Both the position numbers and the translations under genes were made by a program. Shown here one piece after another: positions 28,343-36,930 of a DNA stretch of 64,000 bases. The stretch spans positions 143,910 to 207,909 of the forward strand of contig JAUIIY010000002.1 in NCBI GenBank assembly GCA_030431375.1. The letters run 5' to 3'. The notes beneath the pieces were generated by a model. The model was not told the DNA's origin. It did no database searches and was given only the letters and a program-made list of their open reading frames with translations. This stretch comes from Alphaproteobacteria bacterium (GTDB taxonomy: Bacteria; Pseudomonadota; Alphaproteobacteria; Rickettsiales; JABSSG01). Numbering within the stretch: position 1 is the stretch's first letter; each line of letters opens with the position of its first letter.

Positions 28343-29485
28343 TTAGTTAAATAAATCTTTTACTTTTTTGAAGAAGCTAGTCGTTTTTGGACTACATGTG
28401 TCATTATCTTCTTTAGCAAATGATTCTAAAAGATTTTGCTGTTCTTTAGATAATTTTACGGGTATTTCAACCATTACATGGACATATAAATTTCCTCTAT
28501 TTGTAGATTTGAGATAACGCATGCCCTTCTGTTTCAATCTAAATTTGTCGTTCGGTTGAGTTCCAGGTGGAATTTTTAGCTTAACCTTTGATCCATCAAT
28601 AGTTGGAACTTCAATTTCACCACCTAATGCCGCCGTGACCATGGTGATTGGAATTTGACAATGAAGATCGTTATTCTCTCTCTCAAATATTTCGTTATGT
28701 TTTACATGGAGGAATATATATAAATCGCCTGAAGGCCCACCTTTTAGGCCTGGTTCTCCTTCACCCGCTAACCTTATTCTTGTGCCATCTTCAACACCCA
28801 TTGGGATTTTTACCGACAAAGTTCTTTCAGATTGTACTTTGCCTGATCCATGACATTTTTTGCAAGGATTCTTAATTTTGGTACCTTCCCCTTTACAATC
28901 ATGGCAGGTTCGTTCAATGGCAAAAAAGCCTTGTTGAGCTCTTACCACTCCGGAACCATGACAAGTATTGCATTGATCTATTTGTCCATCTTCGCTACCA
29001 GATCCATTACAAGATTTACAGTTGACTGCAGAGCTAAATTTAATTTCTTTGTCAATTCCTTCGAAGGCCTCTTCCAGAGAAATATTCATGTTATAGCGTA
29101 GGTCAGCACCTCTTGCTCTATGCCCCCCTCTTTTGCCTCTTGGCCCGCCAAAGCCACCGCCAAAAATATCTTCAAATATGTCAGAAAAACCAGAGGAGCT
29201 AAAGTCAAAACCTCCAAAACCACCTCCACCAAAAGGATTTCCGCCACCAGGTCCTCCTTGTTGGAACGCATTGTGACCAAATTGATCATAAGCAGCTCTT
29301 TTTTGGTCATCACTCAAAATCTGATATGCTTCGGAAGCTTCTTTAAATTTATGTTCAGCTTCTTTATCATCAGGGTTTCTATCAGGATGATATTTCATGG
29401 CAAGCTTTCTATAGGCTTTTTTTAATTCATCCTTACCGGTTCCTTTTGGAACACCTAGAATTTCGTAATAATCTCTTTTTGACAT
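28343..29485 (-). CDS. dnaJ: Chaperone DnaJ
   Basis: 380 aa. J domain with HPDRNP, a Gly/Phe-rich region, and four CxxCxGxG zinc-finger repeats ([32 protein letters not shown]). Confidence 0.97.
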   Translation of the reverse strand: MSKRDYYEILGVPKGTGKDELKKAYRKLAMKYHPDRNPDDKEAEHKFKEASEAYQILSDDQKRAAYDQFGHNAFQQGGPGGGNPFGGGGFGGFDFSSSGFSDIFEDIFGGGFGGPRGKRGGHRARGADLRYNMNISLEEAFEGIDKEIKFSSAVNCKSCNGSGSEDGQIDQCNTCHGSGVVRAQQGFFAIERTCHDCKGEGTKIKNPCKKCHGSGKVQSERTLSVKIPMGVEDGTRIRLAGEGEPGLKGGPSGDLYIFLHVKHNEIFERENNDLHCQIPITMVTAALGGEIEVPTIDGSKVKLKIPPGTQPNDKFRLKQKGMRYLKSTNRGNLYVHVMVEIPVKLSKEQQNLLESFAKEDNDTCSPKTTSFFKKVKDLFN

Positions 29486-29499
29486 ATTTTAATCTTGTT

Positions 29500-29523
29500 G
29501 GGGAGAAGTCATTGCCTCTCCCC
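29500..29523 (-). promoter_or_regulatory. Hairpin in the dnaK-dnaJ spacer (7-bp GC-rich stem)
   Basis: GGGGAGA-N10-TCTCCCC, the only GC-rich inverted repeat in the spacer. No U-tract follows on the transcribed strand, so it is not a classical terminator. Confidence 0.3.
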
Positions 29524-29534
29524 AAAATTTAAAG

Positions 29535-31457
29535 TTATTTTTTAGAGTCTTCGTCTTTTACTTCTTCATATTCAGCATCGACAACATTATCATCATCTTT
29601 TTTCTTTTTAGAAGAGGTTGATGAATCTTCAGCAGGTTGTTGTTCTTGAGCTTGCTTATGGATAAACTCACCTAATTTTAGAGAAGCTTGCATTAATTCT
29701 TGAGTTTTGTTTTTCAATTTTTCTGCATCTTCACTATCAGAAGCTAAGGTATCTTTTAATTCTTTCAATTTTGCTTCTATTTCTTCTTTTACTGAAGCAT
29801 CAACTTTATCACCATGCTCTTTTACACTAGATTCGGTCTGATGGATAAGAGACTCTGCATGGTTACGCGCTTCAACTAATTCTTTTTTCTTCTTATCAGC
29901 TTCAGCATTAGCTTCTGCTTCTTTAACCATTTTCTCGATCTCGTCATCTTTGAGACCACCTGAAGCTTGAATGGTTATTTTTTGTTCCTTACCAGTAGAT
30001 TTATCTTTAGCAGAAACATGCAAAATACCATTAGCATCGACATCAAATGTAACCTCGATTTGCGGCATGCCTCTGGCTGCTGGAGCAATTCCTTCAAGAT
30101 TAAATTGGCCTAAAAGTTTATTATCAGCTGCCATCTCCCTTTCGCCTTGGTAAACTCTGATAGTCACAGCAGTCTGATTATCTTCAGCTGTTGAGAAGAC
30201 CTGGCTCTTTTTAGTAGGAATGGTTGTGTTTCTATCTATCAAGCGTGTAAAGACGCCACCCAATGTTTCAATTCCAATTGATAAAGGTGTTACGTCTAAA
30301 AGCAATACGTCTTTAACATCACCTTGTAGGACGCCAGCCTGTACTGCTGCACCGAGTGCTACTACCTCGTCAGGATTTACTCCTCTATGTGGTTCTTTAT
30401 TGAAAAAGTTCTGAACCTCCTCAATGATTTTTGGCATTCTCGTCATACCACCAACTAATACAACATCATCTATGTCGCTTGCTTTTACATCTGCATCTTT
30501 CATTGCTTTCCGGCAAGGCTCCAAAGTTCTTTTGATCAGATCAGCAACCAAGCTTTCTAACTTAGCACGCGTTAGTTTCATATTTAAATGCTTTGGTCCA
30601 GAAGCATCAGCTGTAATATAAGGTAGATTTATATCTGTACTTGTAGCGCTTGAAAGTTCAATTTTTGCTTTTTCAGCAGCTTCTTTAAGTCTTTGTAGTG
30701 ACAAAGGATCTTTTGATAAGTCAATACCTTGTTCTTTTTGAAATTCTTTGGTGATATAGTCAATAATTGTAAGGTCAAAATCTTCACCACCTAAGAATGT
30801 ATCACCATTTGTGGCTTTTACTTCAAAAACGCCATCTCCTATTTCAAGGATAGAAACGTCAAAAGTTCCACCACCAAGGTCATAAACTGCGATAGTTTTA
30901 CTTCCTTTTTTGTCTAAGCCATAAGCTAGAGCAGCTGCAGTTGGCTCATTTATAATTCTCAGTACTTCAAGACCGGCAATTTTACCAGCATCTTTGGTTG
31001 CTTGTCTTTGAGAATCATTAAAATAAGCTGGAACGGTGATTACAGCCTTAGTTACTTTTTCTCCTAAGAAATTTTCTGCTGTCTCTTTCATTTTTTGAAG
31101 AATAGAAGCGCTAATTTGGCTTGGAGAGTATTTTTTATCATCAATCTGAACCCAAGCATCACCATTAGAGTTTTTTACTATTTCATATGGAACTAGCTTT
31201 TTATCTTTTTGCACTGTTTCATCTTCATAAGATCTACCAATTAACCTTTTGATCGCAAAAAGTGTTTTTTTAGGGTTAGTAACTGCTTGTCTTTTAGCAG
31301 ATTCACCTACTAGTTTCTCACCTGATTCAGTCAACGCGTAAATTGATGGTGTGGTTCTGTGTCCTTCGCTGTTTTCGATAACGCGAGGATCTTTACCGTC
31401 CATTATAGCAACACATGAATTTGTTGTGCCTAGGTCAATTCCTATTACTTTGCTCAT
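29535..31457 (-). CDS. dnaK: Chaperone DnaK (Hsp70)
   Basis: 640 aa. Motifs [17 protein letters not shown] and [10 protein letters not shown], plus an acidic C-terminal tail. Confidence 0.98.
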   Translation of the reverse strand: MSKVIGIDLGTTNSCVAIMDGKDPRVIENSEGHRTTPSIYALTESGEKLVGESAKRQAVTNPKKTLFAIKRLIGRSYEDETVQKDKKLVPYEIVKNSNGDAWVQIDDKKYSPSQISASILQKMKETAENFLGEKVTKAVITVPAYFNDSQRQATKDAGKIAGLEVLRIINEPTAAALAYGLDKKGSKTIAVYDLGGGTFDVSILEIGDGVFEVKATNGDTFLGGEDFDLTIIDYITKEFQKEQGIDLSKDPLSLQRLKEAAEKAKIELSSATSTDINLPYITADASGPKHLNMKLTRAKLESLVADLIKRTLEPCRKAMKDADVKASDIDDVVLVGGMTRMPKIIEEVQNFFNKEPHRGVNPDEVVALGAAVQAGVLQGDVKDVLLLDVTPLSIGIETLGGVFTRLIDRNTTIPTKKSQVFSTAEDNQTAVTIRVYQGEREMAADNKLLGQFNLEGIAPAARGMPQIEVTFDVDANGILHVSAKDKSTGKEQKITIQASGGLKDDEIEKMVKEAEANAEADKKKKELVEARNHAESLIHQTESSVKEHGDKVDASVKEEIEAKLKELKDTLASDSEDAEKLKNKTQELMQASLKLGEFIHKQAQEQQPAEDSSTSSKKKKDDDNVVDAEYEEVKDEDSKK

Positions 31458-31495
31458 AATTTAAGTCCTCGAATAAATTTCCATTTTTTTATTAG

Positions 31496-31523
31496 ATATA
31501 GGTATCAAAATTCCTGATACAAG
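31496..31523 (-). promoter_or_regulatory. RpoH (sigma32)-type heat-shock promoter of dnaK
   Basis: The minus strand reads CTTG-N17-CCTATAT. This is an exact fit to the alphaproteobacterial RpoH consensus usually written CTTG-N17-CYTATNT. It lies about 38 nt upstream of the dnaK ATG, and a GAGGA Shine-Dalgarno follows. Confidence 0.55.
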
Positions 31524-31538
31524 TACTAAAAGCAAAAT

Positions 31539-31991
31539 TTATTTATGATAAGGATGATTTTGATTAATTTGTTGCGCTCTGTAGATCTGCTCAACTAAAA
31601 CAAGTTTGGCTATTTTGTGAGGCATAGTCATTTTACTAAGAGAAATTTTCTTATTAGCTAGAGATAATATTTTTTTAGATAGACCATTTGCCCCGCCGAT
31701 CAGAAAGACAATGTTTTGGTATATTTGATTTTGATAGAGAAAATCTGAGAATCTTTCGGAGGAGAATGAGTCTCCATTTTCATCCATGGCTACTATAAAA
31801 CTAGAATCAGGAATTTTTTTCTGGATAAGTTCAGCTTCAAAGTCTTTCTGTTTTTCAGTAGATGAAAAATGTTTATTCAGCTTTATTTCTATTTCGGTAA
31901 ATGATCCAAAAATCCTTTTTGAATAATCTGAAACAAGATTTTCTATATTAATGTCTCTGCTGGTCTGAATAGATATAATGAAAACATTCAT
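31539..31991 (-). CDS. rlmH: 23S rRNA (pseudouridine1915-N3)-methyltransferase RlmH
   Basis: 150 aa SPOUT protein. Motifs IGGANGL and the C-terminal EQIYRAQQINQNHPYHK, which resembles E. coli ESLYRAWSITTNHPYHRE. Confidence 0.9.
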   Translation of the reverse strand: MNVFIISIQTSRDINIENLVSDYSKRIFGSFTEIEIKLNKHFSSTEKQKDFEAELIQKKIPDSSFIVAMDENGDSFSSERFSDFLYQNQIYQNIVFLIGGANGLSKKILSLANKKISLSKMTMPHKIAKLVLVEQIYRAQQINQNHPYHK

Positions 31992-32001
31992 CTTCTGCAG
32001 G

Positions 32002-32310
32002 TTATTTCCAGATTTCTTCTAATTTATATTGCTCACGGACTTCATTTTGGAATATATGGATGATCGCATCGCCCAAGTCAATAACCATCCAACTGCTGCC
32101 GCCTTTACCTTCTGTTGGAACATTTTGCATTCCAAGCTCTTTAAAGCGTTTTATTACATTATCCGCGATAGATTTAATGTGTCGGCTGGATGTTCCAGAT
32201 GCTATATACATATAATCACATAGCGAAGTTTTATGACTGACCGGTATTTTTATTATATCTTGCGCTTTGCTATCTTCCAGAATTATATCTATTTCTTTTT
32301 CTATATTCAT
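32002..32310 (-). CDS. rsfS: Ribosome silencing factor RsfS
   Basis: 102 aa. Carries CDYMYIASGTSSRHIKSIADNV. Sits upstream of rlmH, the conserved rsfS-rlmH arrangement. Confidence 0.88.
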   Translation of the reverse strand: MNIEKEIDIILEDSKAQDIIKIPVSHKTSLCDYMYIASGTSSRHIKSIADNVIKRFKELGMQNVPTEGKGGSSWMVIDLGDAIIHIFQNEVREQYKLEEIWK

Positions 32311-32425
32311 ATCTTCTTAAAAATTTTATGCGAAGAGGATAATATCAGTTTTAGTTATTATGTTAAGTAGAAATTAAACTAGATGATTTTTATAAAGTGA
32401 TTATAATGATCGAAAAGGTGTAATT

Positions 32426-32656
32426 ATGGCAATATCAGAAAGAGAGCTGAGAAATTTATTAGAGGCCCATTTTCCTGGGGATGAGATTGAAATAAAGGAC
32501 CTAGTTGGAGATAATGATCATTATGAGCTGATAATAAAATCTAGTTTATTTATCAATAAGTCTAAGATTGAACAACATAGAATGGTAAATAATGCGTTGA
32601 AAGATTGTTTGGGTGGTAAGTTGCATGCCTTATCAATAAAAACTATAACAAAATGA
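32426..32656 (+). CDS. BolA family protein
   Basis: 76 aa. Motifs DNDHYELII and IEQHRMVNNAL..LHALSIKT. Immediately upstream of a monothiol glutaredoxin. Confidence 0.85.
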   Translation: MAISERELRNLLEAHFPGDEIEIKDLVGDNDHYELIIKSSLFINKSKIEQHRMVNNALKDCLGGKLHALSIKTITK

Positions 32657-32665
32657 GTAATATAA

Positions 32666-32986
32666 ATGACAAATATTAAGGAATATATTGAAAAAGAAAT
32701 TAATGACAATGATGTCGTTCTTTTTATGAAGGGAGATGCTAAATTTCCAATGTGCGGATTCTCCTCGGTAGTAAGCACAATTTTACAACGCCTATCTGTG
32801 AATTTCCGAGATATAAATGTTCTCGAAAGTAACGAGCTTAGAGAAGGTATTAAAATTTTTAGTGATTGGCCTACAATACCACAACTTTATGTTAAAGGTG
32901 AGTTTATAGGTGGTTGTGATATCGTAAAAGAGATGTACGAGTCTGGGGAATTAGAGGATCTATTAAAGGGTAAAAAGATTTTATAA
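32666..32986 (+). CDS. grxD: Monothiol glutaredoxin (Grx4/GrxD family)
   Basis: 106 aa. CGFS active site, WPTIPQLYVKGEFIGGCDI. Confidence 0.93.
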   Translation: MTNIKEYIEKEINDNDVVLFMKGDAKFPMCGFSSVVSTILQRLSVNFRDINVLESNELREGIKIFSDWPTIPQLYVKGEFIGGCDIVKEMYESGELEDLLKGKKIL

Positions 32987-33912
32987 TGAGCAGTATTCTA
33001 AAAATAGATAATTTGGTTAAATCTTACAGCGCAAAAGACGGCAAAAAGCTTGTTCTAAAAGGAATTAATTTGGAAATAAAACAAGGTGAGTTTTTTGGGC
33101 TACTCGGTCCCAATGGAGCAGGTAAATCGACTTTGATTAATATCATCGCTTCTATTGTAAAGAAAACTTCTGGCTCAGTAAAAATATGTGGTTACGACTT
33201 AGATGCACAAAAATCTATGGTTCAAAGATCAATAGGTGTTGTCCCTCAGGAGGTTGTTTTTGACCCATTTTTTACAGTTAAGGAAACATTACGCAACCAT
33301 GGTGGGTATTTTGGCATAAGAGTCAAGGACAGCGATATAGACAATATTCTAGAAAAGGTTGGCCTAACTAAACAAGCCAATTATAATACCAGAAAATTAT
33401 CGGGTGGGATGAAGCGTAGGCTACTTATTGCTAAAGCTCTCATTAACAAACCAAAATTATTATTTCTTGATGAGCCAACAGCAGGAGTGGATGTAGAATT
33501 GAGGGAGCAGTTATGGTCGAATGTTAAGGAGCTAAATAAATCTGGGACTACGATTTTTCTTACGACGCATTACATGGAAGAGGCTGAGGAGTTATGTAGT
33601 GATATTGCTGTTATAAATAATGGAGAAATAGTAGCTCATCAGAAAAAAAAGAAGTTCTTGGAAGTTTTCTCGGGAAAAAAAATTCGCGTTATTTTTACAG
33701 AAAGCCATAAAAAATCAGAAATCCAAAAAAGATTTAGTTTAGAATTTACAGAAGTTGCAGATAATATTTTTGAGTTTTTGTGTCTAAATCAAGAACAGAT
33801 AATGTTGTTAATTAATGAGTTAGCCAAATATTCTCATGGCATCAAAGATATAGTTACAAACGAAGTCAAACTTGAGAATACTATAAAGGAATTATTGTCA
33901 AAAAATAGATAA
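32986..33912 (+). CDS. ABC transporter ATP-binding protein (ABC-2 / drug-exporter-type ATPase)
   Basis: 308 aa. Walker A GPNGAGKST, signature LSGGMKRRLLIA, Walker B LLFLDEPTAGVD. Overlaps the grx stop (TAATG). No permease gene is adjacent. Confidence 0.88.
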   Translation: MSSILKIDNLVKSYSAKDGKKLVLKGINLEIKQGEFFGLLGPNGAGKSTLINIIASIVKKTSGSVKICGYDLDAQKSMVQRSIGVVPQEVVFDPFFTVKETLRNHGGYFGIRVKDSDIDNILEKVGLTKQANYNTRKLSGGMKRRLLIAKALINKPKLLFLDEPTAGVDVELREQLWSNVKELNKSGTTIFLTTHYMEEAEELCSDIAVINNGEIVAHQKKKKFLEVFSGKKIRVIFTESHKKSEIQKRFSLEFTEVADNIFEFLCLNQEQIMLLINELAKYSHGIKDIVTNEVKLENTIKELLSKNR

Positions 33913-33913
33913 A

Positions 33914-36043
33914 ATGAGTTTAGTAAAAAAAATAACCCTTTTTTGTATTATTATTTTTTTGTTGCTTGCGACATTATCTATCACATTTTACTTGTCCGCG
34001 ATCCTGGCATTTCTAATAATTGTTACCTTTATATTTTTCAAGATAAAGGGATTCTTTAGTAAAAAAAAGACGTCTCCAGATAGGCATGAGCTTAAATCTT
34101 TCCTGAAAATTTTTGGAGAGAAATATGATATCGTTGCATATGATAGGGAAAATTCTGAGGTTATTTTTTGTAACAATAATGATTTCCTGAATGAAATCAG
34201 CCACTATGTTTACACGCATAGTTCAGTTAATCTGATTAAATTTGTTACAGAAAATAATATAGAGAATCTTCAGATTATACATAAAGTTTTTGCTGGAATA
34301 GATGTTTACTTAAAGTCTGTCAGTACATCAATGCAAATATTAAACTCTTTCGATAATTTTCCAAGTCCAGTTTTTGCAATTTCTGCTGGAAATGTAATTT
34401 ATCAGAATAATTTGTCTAAAAAATATAGCAAAAAGGATCTTTTAAAGCTAGGCCGTGAGGAAAAGAAGCTCATTCTTGCTACTGACCAATTAAATATATA
34501 TTCCTTTTTTGATGAGAATGATAAGTCGTCCAGTATAGCTCTTGAAAGCCTAGTTTTCATGGGGTGTCTGATAGACAAAAAAGGAACAGTAATTGCCGTG
34601 AATAGCAAATTGGCCGAGGCAAAATTTTTGCAAGTGGGAGACATTCTCTTAGATAAATTTGATATGGTTTCCTCCAAAAAAATCACCCAGTTCATCCAAG
34701 ATGAAGAGCAAAGCGAGACCTTTCTGGAATCTAATCTAGAAGACAAGAATATAAAAAGCCTAAGTTTGGGTATTGCAAAAAAAGAGCATTTTCTCATAGT
34801 GCAGTTTTTTGACATTACAAAAAATAAAAAAATGGAAGATGACTTCCTACATTCACAAAAAATGCAAGTTGTAGGGCAGCTTGCAGGGGCCATGGCTCAT
34901 GACTTCAATAACTTGTTGACTGCCATTATAGGTTTTTGTGATTTGCTTTTAATTAGGCATACACCAGGGGACCCATCATTTGCAGATATTATGCAGATAA
35001 AACAAAATGCAGGTAGGTCAGCTAGTCTAGTTAAGCAGATACTCGATGTTTCACGTAAGCAAAAATCTTCAATAACCTATATAAATACTGAAGAGGCTTT
35101 AGTAGGATTATCGCATCTAATACGTAGATTAATAGGTGCTGATATAGATTTTCAATTTGAGAAAGATAGGAATTTAAATTATGCATTCATTGATCAAAGT
35201 CAATTTGAGCAGATAATAGTGAATTTCATTGTTAATGCTAGAGATGCTATTAAGACGCCTCAATATGAAAAAGGAGGACAAATCTCACTCAAAGCAAAGA
35301 ATGTTGACCTCAAACAAGGAGAATCTCTGGATATTAACTTTATTAGTTCAAAAAATAAACCGATAAAATTATTGCCAGGAAAATACATATCCATTGAAAT
35401 AAAAGATAATGGCACAGGTATAGAAAAGAAAATTTTAAATAAAATTTTTGAGCCATATTTTTCAACGAAGAAGTTGGGAGAAGGAACTGGATTAGGGTTA
35501 TTTACAGTATATAACCTGATAGAGAAAGTTGGAGGCTACCTAGCAGTGCAAACGAACCCAGGTAAGGGAACATGCTTTACCATTCTCTTGCAGGCAGAAG
35601 AGGAAAGTAATGTAATTGATAAAAAGAGAATAAAAAATAATTTCATTAACTCTGATATTACAGGTAATGAAACTATATTACTTATTGAAGATGAGGATCC
35701 GGTTAGACTTTTTGCCTCACATGCACTAGAAAATAAAGGATATCACGTTCTACAAGCCTCATCGGCAGAAGAGGGGATAGATATAATAGAAAAATACAAA
35801 GGCGAGATAGATTTGATCATAACGGATGTGGTCATGCCTGGAATGGATGGAACAATGTTATTAAAAATTATTAGAGAAAAAGGTTGTGATATAAGAGTGA
35901 TTTTTATCTCTGGATATGCTGCTGATACCCTAACCATCGATATAAAACAAGAGAGGGGAGTAGAGTTTTTAGCCAAACCTTTTAATTTGAAAGATTTAGT
36001 AGTGAAAGTGAGAAATGTTTTAAATGATATTAGAAATCAGTAA
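33914..36043 (+). CDS. cckA: Hybrid sensor histidine kinase/response regulator, CckA-like
   Basis: 709 aa. Two N-terminal TM helices, a PAS-sized region, H-box AMAHDFNNLLTAI, HATPase (NARDA, DNGTGI, GTGLGL), and a C-terminal canonical receiver (EDEDP, ITDVVMPGMDG, KPF). Architecture and H-box match CckA, but orthology is unverified. Confidence 0.6.
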   Translation: MSLVKKITLFCIIIFLLLATLSITFYLSAILAFLIIVTFIFFKIKGFFSKKKTSPDRHELKSFLKIFGEKYDIVAYDRENSEVIFCNNNDFLNEISHYVYTHSSVNLIKFVTENNIENLQIIHKVFAGIDVYLKSVSTSMQILNSFDNFPSPVFAISAGNVIYQNNLSKKYSKKDLLKLGREEKKLILATDQLNIYSFFDENDKSSSIALESLVFMGCLIDKKGTVIAVNSKLAEAKFLQVGDILLDKFDMVSSKKITQFIQDEEQSETFLESNLEDKNIKSLSLGIAKKEHFLIVQFFDITKNKKMEDDFLHSQKMQVVGQLAGAMAHDFNNLLTAIIGFCDLLLIRHTPGDPSFADIMQIKQNAGRSASLVKQILDVSRKQKSSITYINTEEALVGLSHLIRRLIGADIDFQFEKDRNLNYAFIDQSQFEQIIVNFIVNARDAIKTPQYEKGGQISLKAKNVDLKQGESLDINFISSKNKPIKLLPGKYISIEIKDNGTGIEKKILNKIFEPYFSTKKLGEGTGLGLFTVYNLIEKVGGYLAVQTNPGKGTCFTILLQAEEESNVIDKKRIKNNFINSDITGNETILLIEDEDPVRLFASHALENKGYHVLQASSAEEGIDIIEKYKGEIDLIITDVVMPGMDGTMLLKIIREKGCDIRVIFISGYAADTLTIDIKQERGVEFLAKPFNLKDLVVKVRNVLNDIRNQ

Positions 36044-36173
36044 CTCTACCATTTTTCTCCCAATCCCCAAACCTTGTAGGTTCGGGACCTTTTTGTCCTC
36101 CAATTTCTTCTTTCTTTGGTTCTTCGAGGTTTGACACATTTTTCTGGCTTGTTTTTTTTACTTGATCTATCAT
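36030..36173 (-). CDS. DUF1674 / SDHAF4-like small protein (47 aa), absent from the ORF track
   Basis: Manual translation gives MIDQVKKTSQKNVSNLEEPKKEEIGGQKGPEPTRFGDWEKNGRVTDF*. The C-terminal GPEPTR(F/Y)GDWE.(K/N)GR..DF signature is characteristic of the alphaproteobacterial/mitochondrial DUF1674 family. It overlaps the cckA-like 3' end by 14 nt. Confidence 0.7.
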   Translation of the reverse strand: MIDQVKKTSQKNVSNLEEPKKEEIGGQKGPEPTRFGDWEKNGRVTDF

Positions 36174-36192
36174 ATGGAAAATTTTTAATTAT

Positions 36193-36930
36193 ATGTTCAC
36201 AAAGTTAAGAAGATTATATCTCAATAACAAGCTAGTTGAAGCAGAAAAAATTATTATTACTGACAAGGAAGTAACTAACCGGCTCGTAAACGTTTTAAGA
36301 ATGAGCGTAGGGGATAGAATAAGGGTTTTTAATCAAACAAATGGTGAGTTTCTAGCAAATATTGCTGCTCTTAAGAAGGGGCAGGTAACGATAGAGATAG
36401 AAAAGTTGATTAGGAGGAATACAGATGAATTCTCCATTGGGCTAATTGTCCCATTATTTAAACCTGATAGAATGAGGTGGTTGATTGAGAAAGCGGTTGA
36501 GATGAGGATTGAAGAAATTGTGTTTTATAGGTCTCAAAACACCCAAAAATATAGTTTCCAGGATGAAAAAATTGCTAAACAGATAATATCTGCCTGCGAG
36601 CAAAGTGAAAGGATATCCCTACCAGCCATTCAGTTTTGTGAAAATATTGAAACAGAACTTGTAAGATCAGAGAAAACCACATTACTGTGTAATGAGAGGG
36701 AGAAAAAATATTCAATTCTAGGAACGCTTCCTACGATTAAGCAGGGTATGGGTATTAGAATCATGATTGGTCCAGAAGGTGGATTTACCGAGGGTGAAAT
36801 AAATCAACTTAAAGAAATTAAAGATGTTTTTTCTGTTCATCTGGGAAAAACAATAATGCGTGTAGAAACAGCTGCATTATATTCTCTTTCTGTTGCAACA
36901 GCTTATTTGGAAGAGGATGGTTATAAATGA
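36193..36930 (+). CDS. rsmE: 16S rRNA (uracil1498-N3)-methyltransferase RsmE
   Basis: 245 aa. N-terminal PUA-like region (NRLVNVLRMSVGDRIRVFN) and a C-terminal SPOUT motif IGPEGGFTEGEI followed by LGKTIMRVETA. Confidence 0.88.
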   Translation: MFTKLRRLYLNNKLVEAEKIIITDKEVTNRLVNVLRMSVGDRIRVFNQTNGEFLANIAALKKGQVTIEIEKLIRRNTDEFSIGLIVPLFKPDRMRWLIEKAVEMRIEEIVFYRSQNTQKYSFQDEKIAKQIISACEQSERISLPAIQFCENIETELVRSEKTTLLCNEREKKYSILGTLPTIKQGMGIRIMIGPEGGFTEGEINQLKEIKDVFSVHLGKTIMRVETAALYSLSVATAYLEEDGYK

